Assembly (NCBI RefSeq): GCF_004010195.1 | Contig: NC_057728.1 | Span: forward strand, 18,389,852-18,453,851 | Length of the DNA stretch: 64,000 nt | DNA from: Chiloscyllium plagiosum | Taxonomy: Eukaryota | Reading direction: 5' to 3' | Shown here: positions 24,656 to 38,399 of the stretch, in pieces | Numbering within the stretch: the stretch's first letter is position 1 | Layout: each line of letters starts with the position of its first letter | Notes under the pieces: generated by a model | Database searches by the model: none | What the model saw: the letters and a program-made list of their open reading frames with translations, nothing else | What the model was told of the DNA's origin: nothing | Translations under genes and position numbers: made by a program

Positions 24656-25381
24656 GTCCCCAAGGTGATAATAATGAAAGAAATCTGAGGTTGAGACTCA
24701 ATATTCACTTGCAATTACTGATAAACATTTAGGAAAAGAAAGAAAGCAGCTGATAATGTCTTGCCAGTGTAAATATTACATTTGCTGATACTAGACTGAT
24801 GTGATTATGACAACAACTTGGGAGAACACAAACACAAATTTAATGAATGTTTGATCTAGTAATGCCTTACTTTATGATCGAATTCTATAACCAGGAATTA
24901 ACATTATTAGTACTGGATCTGTAGTAGTAAAGACTATATTGAATAAAAATCAATAGCTCATATTGAAATTGTCTTTGATAGTTTTCATATATAATGTGTT
25001 AAACTTACACGCAGACAAAAGCACAAAAGTTAACCTAATGATGAACAGTTTTCAACCAGTTAAAGCTGCAAAGTTTTTTTAACATGCACCTTGCTAACAC
25101 CCAAATATAGCTAGAACATTTGTGAAATTCTTCGACATTTTAACTTCGTTTCAGTTAATGGTACATAGTAAAGAATCAAAGTAGATGTTTTATCGAAAAT
25201 GGCAATAGCTCATCATTTATGTGTATTTATACTATTTAATGTTTGTTAGGACTGCAGAAATGAATAACTTACTCAAGTCAATATTGACAATATGGAAGAC
25301 TGGGTCATTGCTTGGCAAATGGAATTTAACTAACTCAGAAAAGTTTCACAATATCTAAACATACAGAGTAATGTCACTTAC

Positions 25382-25458
25382 CTCTGGCTCAAACAATCCG
25401 CTGTATGTTGGATTGGCTGTGCTTCTTCTCTTTCTTTCCTGGCGTCTGCTTTGGATTT
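25382..25458 (-). CDS. PHF21B: PHF21B coding exon: (E)[25 protein letters not shown]
   Basis: 77 nt, tgtag| and gag|gtaagt, phase 1-0. Conserved [11 protein letters not shown] basic motif. Confidence 0.95.
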
Positions 25459-25967
25459 CTACAACCATCAAAATATTATTATTATAATCAAATAAATTCC
25501 AAATATTTTAAATAAACAAAAAGAGTTGAACTAAAATAAAATTGTTTTAAAACCGATATGTTCTCACATGAAGCTAATTAATATTAGGACCAATACTGCG
25601 ATAACTCAGATTTGTGGTAACCATACTTTGCATTCCAAAGCATAAAAAGCAAGAAAATATTTGATTATTCTCAGAAGTTAGTAATATGACCCAAAATATT
25701 GGCTCCTACAACATACATAGAGAGCATTTCAAAAAGAACCTTAATTCATTCCATTTATAATCCTTCCACAATTTTCACAAAAAGAATTAAAATAACACTG
25801 TTGAGATAAAAAAGAAAGAAAAATACATCTGCATGAGAAAAATGCAAAAATACAGTAAATTGTCCAACTCATATTTTCAACACAACTGTAATGGTTTTTG
25901 ATATAATACAGTCCACAGTAAGCTAAGCTTTTGGTTTAAATTATATGTTGCGACCGTTATGTTACTT

Positions 25968-26343
25968 ACTACTCACTGGAGTTTAAAAGACTAAGAAGTG
26001 ATCTCATTGAAACATATAAGCTTCTTCAGAAGGTTGACAAGGTAAATGCTGAGAGGACGCTTCCCCTCATCGGAGACTGTAGGACCAGGAGGCTCAATTT
26101 CAGGATAAAGGGGTGCCAATTTAAGACTGAGATCAGGAGGAATTTCTTGCTACAGAGAGCTGAGCGGAACACACCTTGCATACATGTTAGGCTGGAATAG
26201 ACAGATTTTTGATCAGTGGGGAAATCAAGGGCTATGGGAAAATTCAGGAAAGTGGATGTGAGGAATGTCAGGTCAGCCATATTGAATGGTATTGCAAGCT
26301 CAAGGGGCCAAAGTAGCCTACTCCAGTTCCTCTTACTTATGGT
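25968..26343 (+). mobile_element. CR1-type LINE 3' fragment
   Basis: tactcactggagtttaaaaga..gatctcattgaaacatataag..aggaggaatttctt..gcctactcc tail. Confidence 0.8.
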
Positions 26344-26812
26344 TTTACTGATCATTCTCAAGACCTCTTCCCATCTGTCTTCTACATATACATCACCTTT
26401 ACCTAACTGCTATCAGTTCTGAAGAAGGGTCACTAGACCCAAAACATTAACACTGCTTTCTCTCCATGGATGCTGTCAGACCTGTTAAATTTCTGTTTTT
26501 ATTTCAGACTCCTGGGGAAACTTCTCTCCAGCCAGAAAAACACCCATTCACTAAACTTTGCCTCCTATCCTTCCAACATTTATACACCCAAATGATGTGT
26601 CCCCTGAAAACCACATACTTCTGCTTTCTGAATAAATCGGACATGATACTTTATTTAACATCTTTTGAAAGTCAATTTATGTATATTGAACCACTTTGAT
26701 CAAATCTCCCTTCATCAAAAGGCCAAATCAGGCTAGTCAGACCTTTTAATATAATAAAGCTGTAATGGCTTTCCCTCATTAGTTCATTCTTTTTCAAGTG
26801 AGAATGATTTAT

Positions 26813-27110
26813 ATTAGATTAGATTCCCTACAGTGTGGAAACAGGCTCTTCGGCCCACCAAGTCCACACAGACCCTCTGAAGGGAGACCCATTTCCCTCT
26901 GACTAATGCACCTAACATTATGGGCAATTTAGCATGGCTAATTCACCTGATCTGCACATCTTTGGACTGTGAGAGGAAACCGGAGTACCTGGAGGAAACC
27001 CACGCAGACACGGGGAGAATGTGCAAACTCCACACAGATAGTCGCCCGAGGATGGAATCGAACCTGGGACCCTAGTGCTGTGAGGCAGCAGTGCTAACCA
27101 CTGAGCTACC
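26813..27110 (-). mobile_element. HE1-type V-SINE
   Basis: Match to the other copies, with an (attag)n tail. Confidence 0.9.
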
Positions 27111-27470
27111 CTTCAGAAATCAGCTTCAGCACTCTCCTCAATTACAGGTGTTAGGCTGATTGGCCTGTAGTCTCAGGTTTTATTTGTCCCTGATAAACTA
27201 AACTATTCTTTAATGATTTTTTCTCACATTTACATGTATAAACATTTGTAGGCTTCTTTCTGCTGGAAAAATTGGAACTGTGTACCCAAACTATTCTTGC
27301 AGAACTTCTTTCAGCTGCTATAGGAAAAACAACAAACACTTATGAAAGCAAATGAATAATTAACTAACATTTCAGGGATGAAAGATGGCACCTATTGCAA
27401 AAATTAAACCAAGATACAGAGATTTCTTTTAAAACATTAAGATTGCACTTGATGAAACAATTGGACATAC

Positions 27471-27522
27471 CTTCCAGGTGCTCTGTTGTAACCAGGCCTA
27501 GTGAGACCATAAAGGCAAGTTT
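27471..27522 (-). CDS. PHF21B: PHF21B coding exon: KLAFMVSLGLVTTEHLE(E)
   Basis: 52 nt, ttttgcag| and aag|gtatgt, phase 0-1. Conserved PHF21-family motif. Confidence 0.95.
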
Positions 27523-27564
27523 CTGCAAAATTAGAATGTATGCATGTTTATATAAGTAAAATGC

Positions 27565-27566
<2 letters not shown>

Positions 27567-27596
<30 letters not shown>
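27567..27596. repeat. (TA)n microsatellite about 45 nt upstream of an exon acceptor
   Basis: About 15 TA units. Confidence 0.95.
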
Positions 27597-27599
<3 letters not shown>

Positions 27600-28302
27600 T
27601 CCCTATGAATCCAATCTTACAAAGGGTCAATGATCCTCAACAGCTTGCATTTATACAGCATTATTATACTTGTGAAACATTCCAAAGCATTTCCACAGGT
27701 ATGTCGCCAAATACTATTTGGCATCAAGCCATATTAGGAGATATCAAATCAAACACTAAGGTTTACAGAAGTGCCTTAAATGAGTGGTAGAGAGGCCTAA
27801 CAAGAAAATTCCACAGGAACCAGGAAACTGAAGATAAGGCCAAACTGGTACTGTGATTATTAGTTTAGTTCATAAGGCCAGATTTGAAGGAATAAAGAGA
27901 ATCCTAAAGTTTGTGGAGTTGGAAAAGATTAAGAGACAGACTGATTTAAGAATGAGGATATCTGCAAGGTTACTTCATTCTTCACTAATCATAAGGCTCA
28001 TTTTCAGAACACAGGGATAGGTAATCATACACCGAAACTTTAAATTTTGATTCAGTCATCCTCTGCTATCGCTGCTTATATACTAGAAGATAAATGTTTT
28101 TCAACTTTTCCTCAGTGTTATTTCAGTTAACCACACTCCATAAAATGTACACACTTTGGCTTCCCATATTGTATCCAATTAACCCTTAATTAATACATAC
28201 ATAACCTGTTCCCTCAATCCATTAGGTCAACCTTTCAGACCATACTAGATGATAACATCATTAATCAGAAACGGAACTGGACCAGCCATATAAATAGAAA
28301 GG

Positions 28303-28520
28303 ATAAAGTGAGGATTGCAGATGCTGGAGATCAGTCAAAAAATGCAGCGCTGGAAAAGCACAGTCAGTCAGGCAGCATCTGAGGGGTAGGAGAGTCAGGA
28401 ATGTGGGGAGTGCCCAAAAAAGCTGAGAGATAAATGGGTTGGGACTGGGGGGGAAGGTAGCTAGGAATGTGATATGTGGATGAAGGTGGGGGATGATGGT
28501 GTAGGTCGGAGTGGTGGGGA
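28303..28520 (-). mobile_element. Penelope pLTR fragment (family-1 related), interrupted by an HE1 SINE
   Basis: aaagtgaggattgcagatgctggagatcag..ctggaaaagcacag..tcaggcagcatc. Confidence 0.7.
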
Positions 28521-28837
28521 TAGATTAGATTAGATTAGATTCCCTACAGTGTGGAAACAGGCTCTTCAGCCCAACAAGTCCACACCAACCCTCCGAAGAG
28601 TAACCCAACCAGACCCATTTCCCTCTGACTAATGCACCTCACACTATGGGCAATTTAGCATGGCCAATTCACCTGCCCCACACACCTTTGGACTATGGGA
28701 GGAATCCGGAGGAAACCAACGCAGCCACAGGGAGAATGTGCAAACTCCACACAGACAGTTGCCTAAGGCTGGAATTGAACCTGGGACCATGGTGCTGTGA
28801 GGCAGCAGTGCTAACCACTGAGCCACCGTGTTGCCCA
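28521..28837 (-). mobile_element. HE1-type V-SINE
   Basis: Full-length copy with a (tagat)n tail. Confidence 0.9.
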
Positions 28838-29009
28838 TAGGTGGGAATGAAATTGGAAAAGTAGGACAGTGCTGACTTAGAGGGTTGGTTCTGGGATAAG
28901 ACGGTTGGCCAGGGGGGGCAGGAAAAGGGAAACTGGTGAATAAAAACAGAAAGAAGTGGTTAAAGGCCGGGAATTTAGTTGGCAGAATTCAATGACAGAG
29001 ACAGATCTG

Positions 29010-29680
29010 GACGTGCTGGGACATGAATTTTAAAAAAGGTTAGTATGCAATTCAGCAAGGATTATGGAGGTAAATGGAATGTTGTCATTTATTATAATGG
29101 GAATGAACAGTAAACGTAGGAGAGTTTTGCCACAATTATACAGAGCATTGGTGAGATCTCGTCTGGGGTACTGTGCACAGCTCTGGTCTCCTTATTTAAG
29201 AAAATGTATAATTGCACCAAAAGCAGTACAGAAAACATCCACTCAATTAATTTCTGGGATGAAGGGATTGTCTTCTGAGAAAATGTTTGATCGGTTGGGC
29301 TTTATTCACTTAGGTTTAGTAGAATGAGGTGATCTTATTGAAAGATGTAGGATCCTGAGGTAACTTTACAGTGCAATACTGAAAACATATTTCCTTGAAT
29401 AGGAAAGGCTAGAATAAAGGATATTCTATTTAAGCTGAGTTTTTTTTTTCCTTTTACTGTTTCCTCAGAAGATCATTCATCTATGGAATTCTCTTCCCCA
29501 AAAAGCAGTGGGGCAAGAGGCAGCGTCATTGTACAATTTCAAGGCCAAGTTAGATGGAATCTTGATTGACAAGGAAGTTAAATAGTAGGAGATGGAGTTG
29601 AGGCAACAATCAGATCAGCCATATTATCATCAAATGGTAAAGTGAGCTCAATGTAATGAACGGCCTATACCCTGTTCCTA
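29010..29680 (+). mobile_element. CR1-type LINE 3' portion
   Basis: ORF LYRALVRSRLGYCAQLWSPYLRK plus tail. Confidence 0.85.
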
Positions 29681-30170
29681 ATTCATATGTTCATATACAC
29701 AATTATTGTTGGGTAAGAAGTGGAAAATAGAAAGGACCTCATCTTGCATTATCCTGAAGCTGATTAAAAAAAAGTGAACAATATTGTAGTGAAACCAGTA
29801 TAAAGAATCATCAGGCCAACTGGATAGTGACAAAAGACGTTGTAGGTTACACAGAGGCATAGATAAGCTGCAGAGCTGGGCTGAGAGATGGCAAATGGAG
29901 TTTAATGCGGACAAGTGTGAGGTGATTCACTTTGGTCGGAGTAACCGGAATGCAAAGTACTGGGCTAATGGTAACATTCTTGGTAGTGTAGATGAGCAGA
30001 GAGATCTCGGTGTCCAGGTACACAGATCCTTGAAATTTAGGGTGTAGGTTTGCTCGTTTAGCTTTTATTAATAGAGGGATCGAGTTCCGGAACCATGAGG
30101 TTATGCTACAGCGGTCCCAAACTCTGGTGTGGCCGCACGTGGAGTATTGTGTACAGCTCTGGTCACCGCA

Positions 30171-30706
30171 NNNNNNNNNNNNNNNNNNNNNNNNNNNNNN
30201 NNNNNNNNNNNNNNNNNNNNNNNNNNNNNNNNNNNNNNNNNNNNNNNNNNNNNNNNNNNNNNNNNNNNNNNNNNNNNNNNNNNNNNNNNNNNNNNNNNNN
30301 NNNNNNNNNNNNNNNNNNNNNNNNNNNNNNNNNNNNNNNNNNNNNNNNNNNNNNNNNNNNNNNNNNNNNNNNNNNNNNNNNNNNNNNNNNNNNNNNNNNN
30401 NNNNNNNNNNNNNNNNNNNNNNNNNNNNNNNNNNNNNNNNNNNNNNNNNNNNNNNNNNNNNNNNNNNNNNNNNNNNNNNNNNNNNNNNNNNNNNNNNNNN
30501 NNNNNNNNNNNNNNNNNNNNNNNNNNNNNNNNNNNNNNNNNNNNNNNNNNNNNNNNNNNNNNNNNNNNNNNNNNNNNNNNNNNNNNNNNNNNNNNNNNNN
30601 NNNNNNNNNNNNNNNNNNNNNNNNNNNNNNNNNNNNNNNNNNNNNNNNNNNNNNNNNNNNNNNNNNNNNNNNNNNNNNNNNNNNNNNNNNNNNNNNNNNN
30701 NNNNNN
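30171..30706. other. Assembly gap (N run)
   Basis: 536 N. Confidence 1.
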
Positions 30707-30858
30707 TGACGTCCAGAAATGTGAGTTTGTTGTCAGTTTCTTCCTCCTTGGTGAACTTTATGCCTGTGAGGGTATTGTTGATGATGTTAAATGTCTCTTC
30801 TATCTTGTTTCGTTTTGTGATGACAAAGGTGTCATCTACAAACCTTCACAAACCTTGC
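30707..30858 (-). mobile_element. Penelope-like RT fragment nested in CR1
   Basis: Minus frame reads VDDTFVITKRNKIEETFNIINNTLTGIKFTKEEETDNKLTFLDV. Confidence 0.85.
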
Positions 30859-31884
30859 AGATCCTTCAAAGTTGCCACCCAGGTTGACAGGGTTGTTAAG
30901 AAGGCATACAGTGTTTTAGCTTTTATTAATAGAGGGATCGAGTTCCGGAACCATGACGGTATGCTACAGCTGTACAAAACTCTAGTGCGGCCGCACTTGG
31001 AAGTATTGTGTACAGTTCTGGTCACCGCATTATAAGAAGGATGTGTAAGCCTTGGAAAGGGTGCAGAGGAGATTTACTAGGGTTTTGCCTGGTATGGAGG
31101 GAAGGTCTTACAAGGAAAGGCTGAGGAACTTGAGGCTGTTTTCGTTAGAGAGAAGAAGGTTGAGAGGTGACTTAATAGAGACATATAAGATAATCAGAGG
31201 GTTAGATAGGGTGGACAGGGAGAGCCTTTTTCCAAGAATGGTGACAGCGAGCACGAGGGGCATAGCTTTAAATTGAGGGGTGATAGATATAGGACAGATG
31301 TCAGAGGTAGTTTCTTTACTCAGAGAGTAGTAAGGGTATGGAATGCTTTGCCTGCAACGGTAGTAGATTTGCCAACTTTAAGTACATGTAAGTCGTCATT
31401 GGACAAGCATATGGACTTACATGGAATAGTGTAGGTTAGATGGGCTTCAAATTGGTACGACAGGTCGGCGCAACATCGAGGGGCGAAGGGCCTGTACTGC
31501 ATTGTAATGTTCTATGTTCTATGAATTGAAACAGCTTCTTTGTCAGGTTAGGAAATGCAGCAGATCCACTGTGGGGTGAGGAGTTGGAGTTGCAACAGGC
31601 CTCACATTAAGTTCAGTGCAAAAACTAGAGAGTGCCTCTTTAGGGCTCAGGACAGGGAACTGGTATGGGCACGTTTCATAGGAAGTTAAGGACTAAATTA
31701 CTCAGTTAAAAGTTAACTGACATCTAAGGTCAACTTAACTATGGAAGATAATTGTGGAAAAATGAAAGTCCTTTGCTATTAAACCTTGCCCCTTTAAAAT
31801 GCAAAAATGCTTTTAGAAGTTGTGCTAGTGCAAATATGAAGGAAGGAAATGTAACCACTTCCAGTTAAATTAAGAAAAGTTTAC

Positions 31885-32007
31885 CTCGGGATTTTCTTCT
31901 CTCTTTGATTTTATGGAAAGATGGCCCTGAGACTGTTCTCCTGAAGTTTTCCTTTTCTCAGTCAGATGCTCTGTTTGAGTCTGACTTTGTGGCTGAATGA
32001 TTAATAC
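31885..32007 (-). CDS. PHF21B: PHF21B coding exon: VLIIQPQSQTQTEHLTEKRKTSGEQSQGHLSIKSKREENPE
   Basis: 123 nt, tttttgtag| and gag|gtaaac, phase 0-0. Matches the VIIIQPQ...ENPE exon of PHF21B. Confidence 0.92.
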
Positions 32008-32884
32008 CTACAAAAAAAAACAAGTCAGTAACCATGCATCCATAAGATTCTCTGACATAGGATTTAGGAGCACAAGTAGGCTATTTAGCAGTTCCATATT
32101 TGATGTTATTACGGCCAATCTGATTGTGCTTTCAAGTCCTCTTTTCTGTCCAAACCCTTACTCACCCAAGCCCCACAGTCTTTCACCGTCATAGTTTAAA
32201 GAGGATCAAACTCAAAAATAGGAATCGTTAAGTTACTGCTTTGTTAAAGAAATAAACAAGATAAACTAATTCCCACCTTGAACTAAAATATCAAGCAAAC
32301 TAATAATGTCAACATTTTGACAAGTGTGCTGCAAAATGAGTGTGTTTCTAGGCAATATTATATTATCTGCAACTCAAGAAATTTTGTCTCATAGTTGCTG
32401 AGCTACAATCTGTGCAGGTAAAGTTGTGAGGCAACAGGGACTGGAGTAGTTACCTGGACACTGTTTGAGAAGAAGCCACATTTTTAGTAATGCAGTACAT
32501 TAAAATGATCATTGGCCAAGGGTAGGAGGGTATGATTGAGAATCAGGCAGGTATGGAAATCGAGGATGTAGTCATTTAGGTGACTTGGTTTTTGTCCGAT
32601 TGACATGATGAACTTGCTGACTTTGTGAATGATAACCAGGTATTAGGAAGATTGGTCAAACTGATCATGTTGCAGGAAGTCATTCTGTACAGATGGAGCC
32701 ACAGGAGCGAAAAAGAACATAGAACTGATAGCAGGTACAATAATGAATGAAGTAGAAACTGTTCTCTACAGCTGAGGCTTGAAGTTCCAAAGGTCGTGTT
32801 GCTCACTTGATGCCAGGGTTCAGGATATCTCCTCACAGTAAGTCCAGAAACCGGACTGGAAAGGTAGGGCTTGCATAATTAGTG

Positions 32885-33630
32885 GTAGGGCCTTGGGTAG
32901 TGTTCTAGAACAGAGGGACCTGGAGGTGCAAGTACATAATTCTTTGAAGTTTGTATCACATATAGAAAGGGTAGTTAAAAATTCTCTTCATTGCTCAGTC
33001 CTTTGAGTATAGGAGTTGGGAAATCATGTTGAGGTTGTACAGGATATTGGTGAGGCCTCTTCTAGAATACTGTATCCAGTTCTCTCGCCCAGTTATAGGA
33101 AGGATATTATCAAGCTGGAGAGGGTTCAGAAGAGATTTGCCAGGAAGGTTTGAGTTATAACAAAAGGCTGGATGGGCTGGGACATTTTTCACTGGAGCAT
33201 TTAGAGATGATCTGAAAGGAGATTAGAACATAGAAAAGTACAGCACAGAACAGGCCCTTTGGCCCATGATTATAAAATAATGAGAGGTATAGACAGAGTT
33301 AATGGTAGTTGTCTTTTCCTTAGGATGATGGCTTTCAAGACAACGGGCACATTTTTAAGGTGAGAGGAGAGAGATTTAAAAAAGACATGAGGGCCAAATC
33401 TTTTATATAAAGGGTAGTTTGCTTGTGGAATGAACTTCCTGTGGAAGTGGTGGATGTAGGTACAGTTACAGCATTTAAAAGCCATTTGGATAAGTACATG
33501 AATAGGAAAGGTTTGGAGGAATATGGACCAGGAGCAGGCAAGTGGGACTAGTTTAGTTTGTATTATGTTCAGCATGGACTGGTTGGACTAAAGGGTCTCT
33601 TTCCATGCTGTATGACTTTATGAATCTATG
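32885..33630 (+). mobile_element. CR1-type LINE 3' portion, with a short antisense CR1 tail inserted at about 33225-33270
   Basis: LYRILVRPLLEYCIQF-like sequence and a CR1 tail. Confidence 0.8.
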
Positions 33631-35353
33631 TTGTGTTTCACTGAAATCTAAGATTAAGGTTCAGCAGAGGAGTTTGAGGAACTGGGTTTTAAATTAATAA
33701 GCAGAATCGCAAGTATAATAATTTCTAAATTACTTCTTCAATTTGACATACCAATTGACACAGGGTCAAGTGCATTAGGAAATAATCACGTGATTCAGAG
33801 TGGTATTGGAAGAAGGGGTTTTGATTTTTAAGACACTAACACCGGCATTGGGGAAATGGGGAGTTATTCTGTTAGGATGGGCTACAATTTAACAGGTCTG
33901 GAATCAGTGCCCTGGCAAATTAAATGACTCAGTCTATCAACATGGATTTAAACAAATTGGAAGGTGATGAGTTCCACAGCGAGTAATTTAGACTTCTAAA
34001 GAGAAATGAGCAGTACAGCAATTCAGGCAAAGGCAAACAGGCAGGGATAGGAAGGGATAAAGAGATTAATGGTAACAGCATATCACCAAGTAAAGACCAT
34101 GCAACAGAGAAAAGAAACAGAGAAACAGGGATTAAAAGCTGACAAATCCCAGGATGTGATACACACATCAAACGAATCTAAAAGGGATACTTGCAGAGAT
34201 TGTGGCTGCAATACTTATGTTTTTCCAAAATTTACTACAATTCTAGAATTGACTGTTTGAGCGAATTCTAAGTTAGAAAGCAACACTCTTTGAGAAATGA
34301 CAGAGATGGAAATGAGGGAACGATGGACAAGTCCATCTGTCATCAATTGTTGGGAAAAGGCTGGAAGCTACAATGGGCATCTTAACAATACATTTAGGAA
34401 AATACAGCATGGTTGCTCAGTGTCAACATTGTTTTACAAAAGAGAAAGCATAGATGGCAAATTTTCATTGTATTTGAGTTTTTGAGAGGAACGTAACTGG
34501 TAGGGTTGGTAAGGTGGAGCCAGAGATGCCTCATTCATCTGACCTACACTCAAACTAAATGTGCCATATCAGATAATTGCCACCTCCAACAACGGACAAA
34601 CTAACCATCTCCCCTTGACATTCCATGGCATTACTATTGCTGAATCTCCATCAGCAATATCCTGACAGGGTTATTAACTATAAATGAATTGGAATGGACC
34701 AACCATATAAATAATGTGGCTCCAAGAGCTAGTCAGAGGCTGGGAATCACAAAAGTAATGGAAAGGGTTATTCTTAGTGCTATCATGCAGCATTTTCAAA
34801 GGAATAACCTACTGACCAACATTCAGTTTCTGTTCCGTCAGAGCCATTCAGCTCTTGACTCCATGACTGTCTTCGTCCAATCATGAACAAAAGAACTGAG
34901 GGGTTGTGGCAAACTTATTTTGCCTGAATTCCACTCTACTCCTCATAAATCAACTATTGGGGTGTAATCAACATGCTGCCAAGTTAAACAAGAAGTTGAA
35001 ATACTTTTATCAATATATTCCCTTATTGCAAAATAAAAAATATACATCATAATTTCCATTAGAAATGTGAATTTTACTGCATCCACAGAAAGTCTCTTTT
35101 ACAGTTCACACCAGTGACATTACTGATAAGCACCATGAAGTTGCATTTGACATTGTTTCATGATTTATAACTGGTCAAAGAGCCACTTGGGAAACAATGC
35201 TATTAACTAGGGATGCAGCAAGGAGAATATAATGAAGGGGAATAAACTAGTCTAATTTGCCTCTGCATTACATACAAATATCTTATAAAGCAGCCTGATG
35301 GTGTCAAAATTGCTTCCTCTTGTCAAATATTTACTTCAAAAGTTGGTCCTTAC

Positions 35354-35698
35354 CTTATCTGTGCTGAGTAGAAGAGGTTGGACACTGATAGTGTCACTGG
35401 TCAGAGAGACTGTACTGCTGCTCACAGAACTGCCATTGTTTGGAGAAGCAGAAATGATTGCAAAAGCCACACCAGCACTGCTGATTGGTGTGGACACCAA
35501 TGGTGAATCTGCAAAATGCTGTGTTTGGCCAGTTGGTGTCTGTACATGGTTGACAGTGTTGTTGGCAGTAGGAAGAGCAGGACTGGGGTTCTTGATGCTA
35601 ACTACAGTGGCCTTCTGAAGAGACTGAGGCTGACTGGAGGTCTGGTCACGGCACAGGGTGACTGAGAGGCTGTCCGGAATCAGGGTCTTTGGCCTAAC
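35354..35698 (-). CDS. PHF21B: PHF21B coding exon: [11 protein letters not shown]...[22 protein letters not shown]...[11 protein letters not shown]...[10 protein letters not shown]
   Basis: 345 nt open frame, ttttacag| and aag|gtaagg, phase 0-0. [11 protein letters not shown] and [14 protein letters not shown] are characteristic of PHF21B rather than PHF21A. Confidence 0.95.
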
Positions 35699-35797
35699 CT
35701 GTAAAAATAAGAAATCATAAAATCACATGTTTAAAAATAAATTCCTTAAATATTTGTCTACTCTCAATACTAACACCATAAATATTTTTCTGGATCT

Positions 35798-35912
35798 GGG
35801 GCTGCCCGAAATGTCGATTCTCCTGCTCCTTGGATGCTGCCTGACCTGCTGCGCTTTTCCAGCAACACATTTTCAGCTCTGATCTCCAGCATCTGCAGTC
35901 CTCACTTTCTCC
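35798..35912 (+). mobile_element. 5'-truncated family-1 pLTR 3' end
   Basis: gcccgaaatgtcgattctcctgctcc...ctcactttctc. The hammerhead 5' core is missing. Confidence 0.85.
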
Positions 35913-36499
35913 TGCCAGAAATGATGCCAATTAACATAAATGCTTCATAAAACGTGCAGTTGCTGAACTCAAAAACTAAATATGTCTGAAGGGCAAGTGC
36001 AGAGTCTTCCATTTCCAGCTTCAGAATGTAAATGAGCTTTCACTAGAAATCCTAAAAAGCAATCTACCATAGAGAAATCATAATTGAAGATAATCATGTC
36101 ACATTCACAGAATATATTCCAGTGAGAGAGTGTGCACCCTGGAAAAGACATTCTCGTTCTCACTGCAGCGATTTAACATAGGAGTCAGCAGTTATGAATG
36201 TTAAACCAACCTCAACTGGCACAGAGAACAGGCACTTTGACCTTGGGAAGAACCACTGGTTAGCCAACTCCTACCTTAGGTCGGACAACCCCTGACTAAT
36301 ATGTGCTGACCTTCCACAAACCATCTCATTAACTGAGTGCTTGGTGCTTTGAGTCTCCACTCAACAAGTGTCCCAAATTCATTGCATCAGGCATATAAAT
36401 AAAACAAATCAAAACAAAGAAACATAAATAAATTGCTCGAGAAACTCAGCACGTCTGGCAGCTCGGGAACTCCGGGAAGTAAATATTGTGTCAAGAAAA

Positions 36500-38045
36500 C
36501 AGCCCACGTTAGAGAGGTGGTGGTGCTAGCGGTTTTAAAAAGCATAAAGGTAGATAAATCTCCAGGACCTGAATGACTGTATCCCAGGATATTGTGGGAT
36601 GCTAGGTAAGAAATTATGGGGCCCTTACCAGATATTATTTGTATCACTTACAGCCATGGGTGAGGTGCTGGAAGATGGTAGGGTGGCTACTGTTCTGCCT
36701 AGAGGCTGCAAGGAGAAACCAATGAGTCTGATGAGATTCTGAAAGATAGGATTTACATGCATTTGGAGAGGCAAGGATTGATTAGGGATAGTCAGCATGG
36801 GTTTGTGCTTGGGAAATAGTGTCTCACAAACTTGATTGAGTTTTTTGAGGATGTGACCAAGGAGAAAGATGAGGGCAGAGTGTTAGATGTTCTCCACATG
36901 GACTTTAGTAAGGCCTTTGACAAAGGTTCCACATAAGAGACTGATTAATAAAGTTAGATCACATGGGATTCTTGGAGAGCTTGACAGTTGAATACAAAAT
37001 TGGTTTGATGGTAGGAGACAGACAGTGGTTGTGGAGAGTTATTTTTTGGACTGGTGGCTTGTGACCAGCGGTGTTCCACAGGGATCCATGCTGGGTCCAC
37101 TGCTGTTTGTCATTTATATAAACGATTTGGAACAGAATATAGGAAGTATGGTAAGTAAGTTTGCAGATGGCATCAAAATTGGTGGTATAGTAGAGTGTGA
37201 AGAAGGTAATCTAAGATTACAAAGGGATCTGGATCAATTGGGCCAATGGGCCAACGGGTGGCAGATGGAGTTTAATTTAGATAAATGAGAAGTGTTGCAT
37301 TTTGGGAAAACAAACAAGGGCAGGATTTACACAAATAATGGTAGGGCCCTGGGGAATGTTGTCAAACAGAGACACCCATGAGTTCAGGTACAGTTCCTTG
37401 GAAATGGTGTCACAGGGAGACAAGGTGGTAAAGGAGGCATTTGGCACACTTGCCTTCATTACTCAGACCACTGAGTATAGGAGTTGGTACATTATGTTGA
37501 GGTTGGACAGGACATTGTTGAGGCCACGTTTGGAGTACTGTGTGCATTTCTGGTCACCCTGCTAGAGGAAAGATATTATTACATTGGAAAAGGTTCAGAA
37601 AAAGATTTACAAGGATGTTACCGGAACTGGAGGGTTTGAATTAAAAGGAGAGGCTGGATCGGCTGGGACTCTTTTCTCACTGGAACATAGGAAGTTGAGA
37701 AGGGATGTTCAAAATGCTTATAAAATCTTGAGAGGCAAATGCCTTTTCGTTAAGTTAGGGGGGTCAAAACTAGAGAGCATAATTTTAAGATGAGAGGAGA
37801 AACATTTAAAAGGGACCTGAGTGGTAACATTTTCACACAAAGGGTAGTTCGTATGTGGTGAAATGAACTTCTAGAGGAGGTGGCAGATGTGGGTACACTT
37901 ACAACATTTAAAGGACATTTGGACAGGTACATGAATGGGAAATATTTAGAGGGATCTGGGCCATACACAGACATGTAGGACTGGTTTAGTTTGGGAAACT
38001 TGATCAGCATGGACAAGGTGGACGAAAGAGTTTTACTGTGCTTTA
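36500..38045 (+). mobile_element. CR1-type LINE, decayed RT domain to 3' end
   Basis: QHGF, DFSKAFD, VTSGVPQGSMLGPLLFVIYINDL, SKFAD, LLRPRLEYCVHFWSP. Confidence 0.92.
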
Positions 38046-38399
38046 CTACTGAACCTAGAGACCATATTTACTTACATAACAGAGCTATCAGAAGGGTATT
38101 CACCATAACCACCAGATGTTCAAGACAAATCCATGTCAATCAGATCATTGCTATATGCCAAGGACGTCAGACAAAAATCCCATTCTGAGCAACATTTCAG
38201 CGGCAAATAGATAAACTCTCATGCATCTAAATAGGTGGACTGACCATAAGCACCAGTGTGGTGCTGGAAAAGCACAACCGGTCAGGAGGCATCCGAGGAG
38301 CAGGAGAGTTGACATTTCCAGCATAAGCTCTTCATTAGGAATGTAGGAGAATTCTTCAAGGTGGCATCCTCAAAAGAGGCTTCCCTCCTGACCATAAGC

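Larger units (their letters stand above)
29821..31522 (+). mobile_element. Relatively young CR1/HER1-type LINE 3' part, interrupted by a gap and a PLE fragment
   Basis: WQMEFNADKCEVIHFG, LYKTLVRPHLE, ERVQRRFTR, RLRGDLIETYKI and a (ttctatg)n tail. Confidence 0.9.

Noticed and set aside
35298-35618. 106-aa plus-strand ORF
   Set aside because: Antisense shadow of the 345-nt PHF21B exon.
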